Both the position numbers and the translations under genes were made by a program. The notes under the pieces were generated by a model. It had not been told where the DNA came from. It ran no database searches and worked only from the letters and a program-made list of their open reading frames with translations. Below are positions 1 through 7,022 of a stretch of DNA of 13,126 nucleotides, one piece after another. Location: NCBI GenBank assembly GCA_042216675.1, contig JBDGTS010000003.1, positions 1 to 13,126 on the forward strand, in the 5' to 3' direction. This DNA comes from Halobacteriaceae archaeon (GTDB lineage: Archaea > Halobacteriota > Halobacteria > Halobacteriales > Halobacteriaceae). Position 1 is the first letter of the stretch. Each line of letters begins with the position of its first letter.

Positions 1-725
1 CCGCTGACCGAGTAGGTGTAGTCGCGCGACTGCGGACCGCCGGGACTCTCCCACGTAAACGAGACGGTCGCGTTCCGGACGACGCCGCTCTCGGTCACCA
101 GCACGGCGCCCGAGAACGACGTGACGGTTCCGTTGGCAATCTGTGAATCGAGGGCGCTTCTGTTGTCGACGGTGTCGGCGGTGTATCTGACGACCGGGGT
201 CCCGTTCACGACGGTGGCGGCGGTGGCCGTGTAGTTGCCCGCTTCGAGCATCCACGCCAGTTTGGTGGGCTGGATGGCGGTAGGGACTGTGAGGGGGTCG
301 TCGGACACCCGATACTCGGTCTCGTTCTTGCTCTCCGGTGATATCTTCCAGACCGTGCCGTCCCCGTCGGAGTACTTCGCCGTCGTGAGATTGACCCCTC
401 CGAGTGAGGGGGCTGTGACGCCGGTGGAGAGGACGGTGTCGCCGCTGAACCGACTCTCTGACGTTCCCACGAGTCGCACGTCCCCCGACCTGACGACCTT
501 CCGGGTCGAAACCGTCGCCGAACCGGCGGATTCGAGCGCCGACTGGTGGTGGTCGAGGAGGACCGTCGCCGAGAGTCCCGATTCGTCGAGTCCGGACGGG
601 TAGTCGAAGGCCTCGGGTGAGGTTTGAGTCGCCTGTCCGTCGCCGCTACCGCCGACGCCCGCACAGCCGGCGGCGAGTACGAGGAGCGCGACTGCGAGGG
701 CGGGGAGGGAATCCGTGCGGGTCAC
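1..725 (-). CDS. Surface lipoprotein / putative glycoprotein, 3' end truncated by the window edge (not in ORF track)
   Basis: Manual translation from GTG at 725: MTRTDSLPALAVALLVLAAGCAGVGGSGDGQATQTSPEAFDYPSGLDESGLSATVLLDHHQSALESAGS..., open to position 1. It has a hydrophobic signal ending in a lipobox (LAAGC). The YPSGLDESG...LLDHHQSAL segment resembles common haloarchaeal lipoproteins. TATA-like CTTTAG (- strand) at 751-756. Confidence 0.85.
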   Translation of the reverse strand, partial: MTRTDSLPALAVALLVLAAGCAGVGGSGDGQATQTSPEAFDYPSGLDESGLSATVLLDHHQSALESAGSATVSTRKVVRSGDVRLVGTSESRFSGDTVLSTGVTAPSLGGVNLTTAKYSDGDGTVWKISPESKNETEYRVSDDPLTVPTAIQPTKLAWMLEAGNYTATAATVVNGTPVVRYTADTVDNRSALDSQIANGTVTSFSGAVLVTESGVVRNATVSFTWESPGGPQSRDYTYSVS

Positions 726-828
726 TCACGGATCATCGGAGTACGAGGGGCTAAAGGTTACGGTCTCAACACTTTCGGGGTCGTGCAGACGGTCCCCGCG
801 TCCCCCTGCCCGACGGACCCGTCTGTCG

Positions 829-1002
829 TCAGTCCGACGGCGCCTCGCCGAGTTCGTGTTCGATTTCGGCCTCGGACCAGCCGTGGTCCTCGGCGAGGTG
901 GTCGCGCATCGGATGCTCGTCGCCCTCCTTCGTGCATCCCTCCGCCGGGCATTCGACGGGCGGTGCGAACTCCTCGGCGGACTCCTCGGTCATGTCGTCC
1001 AT
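829..1002 (-). CDS. Small acidic C2H2 zinc-finger protein (about 54-57 aa)
   Basis: MDDMTEESAEEFAPPVECPAEGCTKEGDEHPMRDHLAEDHGWSEAEIEHELGEAPSD contains C-x4-C-x11-H-x4-H and has an acidic halophilic composition. The start is ATG 1002 or ATG 993. The N-terminal extension in the ORF track overlaps the neighbouring gene. Confidence 0.7.
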   Translation of the reverse strand: MDDMTEESAEEFAPPVECPAEGCTKEGDEHPMRDHLAEDHGWSEAEIEHELGEAPSD

Positions 1003-1078
1003 ACGAATCGGTTCGGCGCCTCGCACCTTCGGCGTGACGGCCGCCGGCTTATTCCCGACGGGAACCGAACGTACTCTC

Positions 1079-2005
1079 ATGCCAACCGACGTCCCCGGCG
1101 TCCACCACGTCACGGCCATCGGGAGCGACCCGCAGGCGAACGCGGAGTTCTACACGGAGACGCTCGGTCTGCGCCTCGTCAAGCGGAGCGTCAATCAGGA
1201 CGACGTGTCGGTGTACCACCTGTTCTACGGCGACCGAGGCGGGTCGCCCGGTACGAGCATGACGTTCTTCCCCTACGTAGGCGCCCGGTCCGGCGAAGTC
1301 GGCATCGGGCAGGTGTCGACGACGCAGTTCCTCGTCCCCGAGGGCGCCCTCGACTACTGGGCGGACCGCCTCGACGGGGCCGGCGTGGACGCCGACGCCC
1401 CCCACGAGCGATTCGGCGACCGGGTGCTGGCGTTCCGCGACCCGGACGGCCTCCCGCTCGAACTCGTCGAGCGAGCGGACGCCCCCGCGGGCGACCCGCC
1501 GGCAGGTCCGGTACCCGACGAGTACGCGATTCGCGGCTTCTTCGGCGTCACGCTCTGTCTCGCCTCCGCTGCATCGACGGCGAATCTCCTGCGCACGATG
1601 GGGTTTCGGGAGACCGAACAGGAACAGGACCGGCGGCGCTTCGAGGCCGAGGGCGAACTCGGTTACGTCGTGGACGTTACAGAGGACCCGCAGGCCCCGC
1701 GGGGCCGACCCGGTGCGGGCACGGTCCACCACGTCGCGTTTCAGGTCACCGCCGAGGAACAGGCGGACTGGCGCGAGATGCTAGTAGAGCAGGGCCTCCG
1801 GCCGACGGAAATCATCGACAGGAAGTGGTTCGAATCGGTGTACGTCCGCACCGAGGGCGGGGTTCTCTTCGAGTTCGCGACGACGGAACCGGGCTACACC
1901 GTCGACGAGGACCTCGATAGCCTCGGCGAGACGCTGGTCCTGCCGGAGTGGCTGGAGGACCGCCGCGACGAAATCGAGGCGGGCCTGCCGCCCCTCGACC
2001 TATAG
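1079..2005 (+). CDS. Ring-cleaving dioxygenase / two-domain glyoxalase (VOC superfamily, MhqO/MhqA-like)
   Basis: Motifs GVHHVTAIG, FYTETLGLRLVKRSVNQDD, YHLFYGD, PGTSMTFF, GAGTVHHVAF and GGVLFEFAT. ATG 1079 lies 26 nt after TATA-like CTTATT (1048-1053). 308 aa. Confidence 0.93.
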   Translation: MPTDVPGVHHVTAIGSDPQANAEFYTETLGLRLVKRSVNQDDVSVYHLFYGDRGGSPGTSMTFFPYVGARSGEVGIGQVSTTQFLVPEGALDYWADRLDGAGVDADAPHERFGDRVLAFRDPDGLPLELVERADAPAGDPPAGPVPDEYAIRGFFGVTLCLASAASTANLLRTMGFRETEQEQDRRRFEAEGELGYVVDVTEDPQAPRGRPGAGTVHHVAFQVTAEEQADWREMLVEQGLRPTEIIDRKWFESVYVRTEGGVLFEFATTEPGYTVDEDLDSLGETLVLPEWLEDRRDEIEAGLPPLDL

Positions 2006-2383
2006 ATCGGCGTCGCGAATCCGCTCCGCGAGGTACTGGGCCGCGGGAATCGGCTCGGACTCCACGAAGCGTGCGATCTCGTCGCCGTCGATTTCGACCA
2101 CGATGGTCGGGATCAGTTCGACGCCGTACGCCTCGACTTTCGGCCCGACTTTCGACCCGTCGTCCTCCTTCTCGACGGGGTAGTGCTCGATGCTCTCCTC
2201 GGGCACGCCGGCCGCGTCGAGGGCCGCCGCGAAGTCGGGCAGGACCGCGCGGCAGTCGCCACACCAGTCGCCACCCCACACCTTCACCGTCACGTCGTCC
2301 GCGATTTCGGCCCACGTCTCGACGGTCTCGTCGTGCGCGTCCGCGTCGAACGTCGGGGTGGGCTGCATCGTCTCCAGAGCCAT
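2000..2383 (-). CDS. Thioredoxin-family protein (WCGDC active site)
   Basis: VWGGDWCGDC CxxC motif and a cis-Pro-type LIPTIVV segment. ATG 2383 lies 24 nt from TATA-like CTTTAC (2407-2412). 127 aa. Confidence 0.9.
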   Translation of the reverse strand: MALETMQPTPTFDADAHDETVETWAEIADDVTVKVWGGDWCGDCRAVLPDFAAALDAAGVPEESIEHYPVEKEDDGSKVGPKVEAYGVELIPTIVVEIDGDEIARFVESEPIPAAQYLAERIRDADL

Positions 2384-2406
2384 ACTCCCACTTGACGCCG
2401 CGCGCA

Positions 2407-2437
2407 GTAAAGCGCACCGTCCCGCCACGGGTTTAAG
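2407..2437. promoter_or_regulatory. Divergent archaeal promoters for the thioredoxin-like gene and cysteine synthase
   Basis: CTTTAC on the - strand (2407-2412) and TTTAAG on the + strand (2432-2437), each about 24 nt from the respective ATG. Confidence 0.7.
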
Positions 2438-2460
2438 GGGGGACCGCGTAGCCGGCGGCG

Positions 2461-3360
2461 ATGAAAGAGAGCATCCTCGACACCATCGGGTCGCCGCTCG
2501 TCCGGGTGGACTCCCCGCCCGGCACGACGGTGGCCGCGAAGGTGGAGTCGTTCAACCCGGGCGGCTCCGCGAAGGACCGCCCGGCGCGGGCGATGGTCGA
2601 GGCGGCCGAACGGGACGGGACGCTCGGCCCGGACGACGAAATCGTCGAGCCCACGTCCGGCAACACCGGCATCGGCCTCGCCCTCGTCGGCGCCGCGAAA
2701 GGCTACGACGTGACGCTAGTGATGCCGTCCTCGAAGTCCGAGGAGCGGCGCCGCCTGATGACGGCGTACGGTGCGGACCTCGAACTCGTGGACGGCGACA
2801 TGACCGACGCCCGAGAGCGTGCCGACGAACTCGAAGCAGAGGGCGCGGTCCAACTCCGGCAGTTCGAGAACCCCGCGAACCCCCGCTCCCACTACGAGAC
2901 GACGGGGCCGGAGATTCTCGACCAACTCGACGGCCGCGAACCGGACGCCCTCGTCGCCGGCGTCGGCACGGGCGGCACCATCACCGGCATCGGCCAGCGA
3001 CTCCGCGAGGAGTTCCCCGACCTGCACGTCGTGGCCGTCGAACCCGAGTCGAACCCCGTCCTCTCGACGGGCGAGTCCGGCGAGGACGCGTTTCAGGGGA
3101 TGGGTCCCGGGTTCGTCAGCGACAACCTCGACGTGGACTTGCTGGACGACGTGGAGACGGTGGCTCTCGACGACGCCGAAACCGAGTGTCGCCGCCTCGC
3201 CCGCGAGGAGGGTATCCTCGTCGGCCAGTCCTCGGCCGCGTCCAACCTCGCGGCCAAGCGCGTGGCTGGCCGCCGCCGCGAGACGACGGACGACCCCCTC
3301 GTCGTCACTGTGTTCTGGGACAGCGGCGAGCGCTACCTGACCGCCGGCACCTTCGACTAG
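2461..3360 (+). CDS. cysK: PLP-dependent cysteine synthase (O-acetylserine sulfhydrylase family)
   Basis: KVESFNPGGSAKDR (PLP lysine), EPTSGNTGIGLA, QFENPAN, GVGTGGT and DSGERYL. Confidence 0.93.
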   Translation: MKESILDTIGSPLVRVDSPPGTTVAAKVESFNPGGSAKDRPARAMVEAAERDGTLGPDDEIVEPTSGNTGIGLALVGAAKGYDVTLVMPSSKSEERRRLMTAYGADLELVDGDMTDARERADELEAEGAVQLRQFENPANPRSHYETTGPEILDQLDGREPDALVAGVGTGGTITGIGQRLREEFPDLHVVAVEPESNPVLSTGESGEDAFQGMGPGFVSDNLDVDLLDDVETVALDDAETECRRLAREEGILVGQSSAASNLAAKRVAGRRRETTDDPLVVTVFWDSGERYLTAGTFD

Positions 3361-3782
3361 GCTGGCGTGACGCGCACGACGACGGTGTCCTCGCCCCACG
3401 GCTGTCGGCCCTCGGGGCGCGTCGCCTCGGTGTCGAGGCGGAGGCGCCCGTCCTCGACCCGGTAGAGGAGCACGCGGTCACCCGTCTCCTCGGGGTCGAT
3501 GGCGCCGTCGCGAATCCCCTCCGCGAGCGCCCGGGTCAGCCACTCGTCCTCGTGGACGCTCGGCTCCCGGACGAGTGCGGCGTCCGCGACCCGCGAGAGA
3601 TACCAGTCGAGGTCGTTCAACAGCGAGACGGCCATGCCGAGGCTGATGGTCTCCACGGCGACGGCGTTCGCGAACGGCTCTCGAATCTCGTAGGGCGCGA
3701 GCGCCGTCCGCGCCGTCTCGTAGGCCAGTAGGTCCCCGGGGAGGACGGCCTCCTCGGTGCCGACGATGAGCACCTCCGTCAT
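3357..3782 (-). CDS. Conserved archaeal hypothetical protein (DUF5804-like)
   Basis: Motifs ETARTALAPY and ETISLGMAVSLLNDLDWYL recalled from this family. Acidic composition. Its stop shares CTAG (3357-3360) with cysK. Confidence 0.75.
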   Translation of the reverse strand: MTEVLIVGTEEAVLPGDLLAYETARTALAPYEIREPFANAVAVETISLGMAVSLLNDLDWYLSRVADAALVREPSVHEDEWLTRALAEGIRDGAIDPEETGDRVLLYRVEDGRLRLDTEATRPEGRQPWGEDTVVVRVTPA

Positions 3783-3817
3783 CGCGACCCCCGCGGCCGG
3801 CGCGCGCTCTGATGCAT
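3779..3817 (-). pseudogene. 12-codon mini-ORF (MHQSARRPRGSR) translationally coupled to the DUF5804-like gene; possible relic of a deleted gene
   Basis: ATG 3817 is 24 nt downstream of CTTTTGA (3841-3847, - strand). Its TGA overlaps the downstream ATG as ATGA at 3779-3782. Confidence 0.45.
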
Positions 3818-3855
3818 GTGCCGGCGTACAGTCCGCCCCCTCAAAAGGAGTCCGC

Positions 3856-5067
3856 TCAGAACGTCGTGAGGTCGCCCTCGATGACCCGCCGCGTCACGTC
3901 CGTGACGCCAGCGAGTCGCTCGTCCACGATTTCGGTCACGTCGTCCTCGATGTCCGCGAGGGCCACGCCGTCCTCGGTGACGACCTGTGCGTCTGCGACG
4001 TGGGGTTGGTCGATGGGTTCGCCGATTTGGCTCAGCAGGCGGACCCGCAGGTCGCGGATGCCGTCAACCTCGCCGACCACGTCCTGTGCGATGTCCGTGG
4101 AGAGCAGATTGTAGATTTTGCCGATGTGGTTGACCGGGTTCTTGCCCGACGTGGCTTCCATCGACATCGAGCGATTGGGGGTGATGAGGCCGTTGGCACG
4201 GTTGCCCCGGCCCACGGAGCCGTCGTCGCCCATCTCGGCGCTGGTCCCGGTCACCGTGAGATAGACGTCTTCCTCGTCCTCGCCGTCGTTGTCGGCGGTG
4301 TTGACGTAGACGGTCACGTCGCGGTCGGTGTGCTCCTCGGCGACACTGCGCACGAAGTCGCGGACGGCCTCGACGTTGGCGTCGTACGTCTCCCGGTCGG
4401 AGACGTGTTTTGCGATCATCGCCGCGGCGACGGTCAGGTCGATTTCGTCCTCCTCGCGCTTGCCCATCACCTTCACGTCCGGTCCCAGCGCGGGGTTGTT
4501 CGCCGCGAACTCCGTGTTCAGTCGGCGCTCCACGTCGTGGACGATGGTTTCGGTCTCCGAGAGGGGCGCGTGGCCGACGCCGTAACTCGTGTCGTTGGCC
4601 ATCGGCACTTCTTCGCCGGACTCGCCGAAGACGGTCTGGAGGTCACCGCTCCCCGTGCCCATCTTCACGTCGAGAATCACGTCGATGCCGACTTCGAGTT
4701 CCGGAACGTGTTCGCGGAGGTACTCGCGGGCCGTCCGCAGGGCGATGGAGTTCACGGGAATGCGTGTCCCTTCGTACTCTTTCGTCGCGCGGCCGACGAT
4801 GAGCAGGTAGACGGGCTCGACGACTTCGCCGCCGCCGAACTCGGGGGCGGCGCTCCCGGCGACGAGTTGCGTCTCGTCCGTGTTGAAGTGCAGCACCTTG
4901 CCCACCCGGTCGATGTAGGCCCGGGCCAGCGCTCGCGAGACGGACTCGGCGATGCCGTCGCACAGCGAGTCGGGGTGGCCGATGCCCTTTCGCTCGACGA
5001 TTTCGATAGCTTGGTCCTCGACCGCCTCCCGCCCGAGGTCCTCGACGCGGATGTTCCGCTCGGTCAT
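3856..5067 (-). CDS. mat: Archaeal-type methionine adenosyltransferase (SAM synthetase)
   Basis: [61 protein letters not shown] and [29 protein letters not shown] at 5093-5098 (-). Confidence 0.97.
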   Translation of the reverse strand: MTERNIRVEDLGREAVEDQAIEIVERKGIGHPDSLCDGIAESVSRALARAYIDRVGKVLHFNTDETQLVAGSAAPEFGGGEVVEPVYLLIVGRATKEYEGTRIPVNSIALRTAREYLREHVPELEVGIDVILDVKMGTGSGDLQTVFGESGEEVPMANDTSYGVGHAPLSETETIVHDVERRLNTEFAANNPALGPDVKVMGKREEDEIDLTVAAAMIAKHVSDRETYDANVEAVRDFVRSVAEEHTDRDVTVYVNTADNDGEDEEDVYLTVTGTSAEMGDDGSVGRGNRANGLITPNRSMSMEATSGKNPVNHIGKIYNLLSTDIAQDVVGEVDGIRDLRVRLLSQIGEPIDQPHVADAQVVTEDGVALADIEDDVTEIVDERLAGVTDVTRRVIEGDLTTF

Positions 5068-5121
5068 GGGCGATACTACGGGCCACCGGTTCTATAACTT
5101 GTGGAAATGCGAGCGCGGCCG

Positions 5122-5664
5122 TTATTCTTCGGAGTTATCCAACAGGAGGCCGAGGTAGGACGTGCGGACGTGGGTCGTCGGGTCGAGACCCAACTCGCGC
5201 AGGAGCGCGCGGGCACCCTCGCGGGCGCTCTCCACGTCTGACTCGGGGACTTCGCGCTCTACCTCCACGAACTCCCCGAGGCCGGCCACGTCGTCGAGGG
5301 TCACCGTGTAGCCGTCGAGTCCGTAGCGCTCGCGCTCCTTCTCGACGGTAGCGGCCGGCTCACAGCCGAGGCCGGCGAGGACGCCGTCGAGTTCCGCGGC
5401 GTCGGCCACCTCGGTCTCGTGTTCCTCGCGGGTCTTCGACTCGGCGTCGACGAGTGGTCCCTTGTAGGTGAGGAGGGTCCGCTCCTCCCCGTCGCTCTCG
5501 TGACGCACCCGGAGGGCCTCGTCCGTCTCCGCGAAGTCACGGTCCGGTGCGTCGTAGTAGGTGTCGCGTTGGGTCACCGTCCCGCGATGCGTCGCGCCCG
5601 CCTCGGCGAGGGCGTCGCCGACGGCGTCGTGGTCCGCGCGCACCTTCACCTCGACTTCGTACAT
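5122..5664 (-). CDS. cyaB: CYTH-domain protein (class IV adenylate cyclase-like / triphosphate tunnel metalloenzyme)
   Basis: N-terminal ExExK motif (MYEVEVK), QRDTYY, DEALRVR, LTYKGP, KTREEHE, LDDVAGLGEFVEVE and TSYLGLL. The true start is ATG 5664. 180 aa. Confidence 0.92.
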   Translation of the reverse strand: MYEVEVKVRADHDAVGDALAEAGATHRGTVTQRDTYYDAPDRDFAETDEALRVRHESDGEERTLLTYKGPLVDAESKTREEHETEVADAAELDGVLAGLGCEPAATVEKERERYGLDGYTVTLDDVAGLGEFVEVEREVPESDVESAREGARALLRELGLDPTTHVRTSYLGLLLDNSEE

Positions 5665-5690
5665 GGCCGTCCGTGGCGCCACGGACGGCC
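5665..5690. repeat. Perfect 26-bp palindrome GGCCGTCCGTGGCGCCACGGACGGCC
   Basis: The sequence equals its own reverse complement and directly abuts the cyaB-like start codon. Confidence 0.95.
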
Positions 5691-5705
5691 TAACCGTTGT
5701 GCTTC

Positions 5706-5957
5706 TCAGGAGTGGCGGCCGAAGTGGTAGACGACCCCCCACAGAAAGGAGAGGCCGACCATCACCGCGACGGTACCGGCGAACTGCTCTGTCACCGGGA
5801 GGTCCGCTCCCGTCGTCGAACGGACGACCCGGATGACCGAGAGCGACAGTTCGCCGATTGACGGCGAGAGGTTCCAGATGAACTTCGACAGCATCGTCCC
5901 CGTGACGAGGGCGGCGAACGCTGCGAACCCGTGCGAGGCGCCCGTCTTCGCTGGCAT
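5706..5957 (-). CDS. Small membrane protein, 83 aa, about 2 transmembrane helices, function unknown
   Basis: MPAKTGASHGFAAFAALVTGTMLSKFIW...FAGTVAVMVGLSFLWGVVYHFGRHS. It is the C-terminal part of ORF 5706..6512. ATG 5957 lies 24 nt from TATA-like CTTTAC (5981-5986, -). Confidence 0.8.
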   Translation of the reverse strand: MPAKTGASHGFAAFAALVTGTMLSKFIWNLSPSIGELSLSVIRVVRSTTGADLPVTEQFAGTVAVMVGLSFLWGVVYHFGRHS

Positions 5958-6050
5958 GTGGCCGCGTACGGAAGCTGTCAGTAAAGTAGTGTCCCTCCCG
6001 CGCCGCGCCGAACCGTGCTTCTTAAGGGTCGAACGGGTGTGGCACTCTGT

Positions 6051-6983
6051 ATGAGTGACCAAGACGACGCGGAAACGGCCGCGGAAGAGGCCGAAACCGA
6101 GGACACCGAGACAGCGGGCATTCAGGACGGCGACTTCGTCCGCCTCGCGTACACCGCACGCACCGTCGAGGACGGCGACCTCGTCGACACGACCGACCCC
6201 GAAGTGGCCGAGGAGGCCGACGTGGACACCGAGGAACAGGAGTTCGAACCCCGGACCATCGTCGTCGGCGCGAACCAGATTTTCGAGCAGGTCGAAGACG
6301 CCCTCATCGGGAAGGAAGTCGGCGACACCGGCGACGTCGTCGTGCCCGCCGAGGACGCCTTTGGCGAGTACGACGAAGACGACGTGCGCACGGTGAGCGC
6401 CGAGCGCATCCCCGAGGACAACCGCTACCCCGGCGCCCACGTCGACATCGACGGCGAACACGGTCACGTCACGACCATCATCGGCGGCCGCGCCCGCGTC
6501 GACTTCAACCACCCCCTCGCCGGCGAGGACGTCGAGTACGAGTACGAGATTCTCGACGTCGTCGAGGACCGCCTCGAGAAGGCCCAGAGCCTCGTCTCCT
6601 CCTACGTCGACGCCGACCTCGACATGCGTATCGAGACGGACGAGGTCGAGGAGGAGGTCACCGTCGAGGGCGACGAGGACGAGGAGCCGACCACCGAGAC
6701 CGAGACGGTCGAGAAGGAGACGCTCTACATCGAGAGCACGCCCCAGCTCCAGTTCAATCAGCAGTGGATGATGGGCAAACAGCAGATTGCACAGGACATC
6801 ATCGACCGCCTCGGCGTCGACCGCGTCATCATTCAGGACGTCATCGAGGGCGGCGCGGGCGGCCCGATGGGCGGCATGATGGGCGGCATGGGCGGCATGG
6901 GCGGCGACGTTGAGGAGGAACTCGAAGACGCCGACGTGGACGCCGAGGAGATCGTCGAGGAACTCGGCGACGACCTCGAATAG
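6051..6983 (+). CDS. Long-type archaeal FKBP peptidyl-prolyl cis-trans isomerase (SlyD-like)
   Basis: GDFVRLAYTART, VPAEDAFGE and GGRARVDFNHPLAG, followed by a C-terminal domain, GGM repeats and an acidic tail. ATG 6051 lies 25 nt after CTTAAG (6021-6026). 310 aa. Confidence 0.95.
   Translation: MSDQDDAETAAEEAETEDTETAGIQDGDFVRLAYTARTVEDGDLVDTTDPEVAEEADVDTEEQEFEPRTIVVGANQIFEQVEDALIGKEVGDTGDVVVPAEDAFGEYDEDDVRTVSAERIPEDNRYPGAHVDIDGEHGHVTTIIGGRARVDFNHPLAGEDVEYEYEILDVVEDRLEKAQSLVSSYVDADLDMRIETDEVEEEVTVEGDEDEEPTTETETVEKETLYIESTPQLQFNQQWMMGKQQIAQDIIDRLGVDRVIIQDVIEGGAGGPMGGMMGGMGGMGGDVEEELEDADVDAEEIVEELGDDLE
6867..6905 (+). repeat. Coding tandem repeat (ATGGGCGGC x4) encoding MGGMMGGMGGMGG
   Basis: Four copies of the 9-mer, with one extra ATG between the first and second, near the 3' end of the FKBP gene. 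Confidence 0.9.
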
Positions 6984-7022
6984 ACGACCGGAACTGCGTT
7001 TTGCGTCAGTCAGCCGTGCCGA

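Noticed and set aside
206-664. ORFs 206..664 (-) and 235..603 (+)
   Set aside because: Off-frame and antisense overlaps of the lipoprotein frame that runs off the window edge.
786-825. Short inverted repeats CAGACGG/CCGTCTG downstream of the zinc-finger gene
   Set aside because: Only 5-7 bp in GC-rich DNA, which is expected by chance. No tRNA or ncRNA fold is recognisable.
715-3731. Long Arg/Pro/Gly-rich ORFs (715..1920 +, 2190..3731 +, 1812..2417 -, 1948..2436 +)
   Set aside because: Alternative frames over real genes. Their composition is typical of off-frame GC-rich DNA and incompatible with an acidic proteome.
3757-5097. 446-aa + strand ORF
   Set aside because: Antisense shadow of mat. 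High-GC, acidic codon bias leaves the opposite frame free of stops, and it has no recognisable motifs.
5122-5957. Cyclase plus membrane protein read as a CBASS/Pycsar-like defence system
   Set aside because: The enzyme is a CYTH-fold protein in a housekeeping context next to mat, not a CD-NTase or class III cyclase. The membrane protein shows no nucleotide-sensor domain, and there are no island features.
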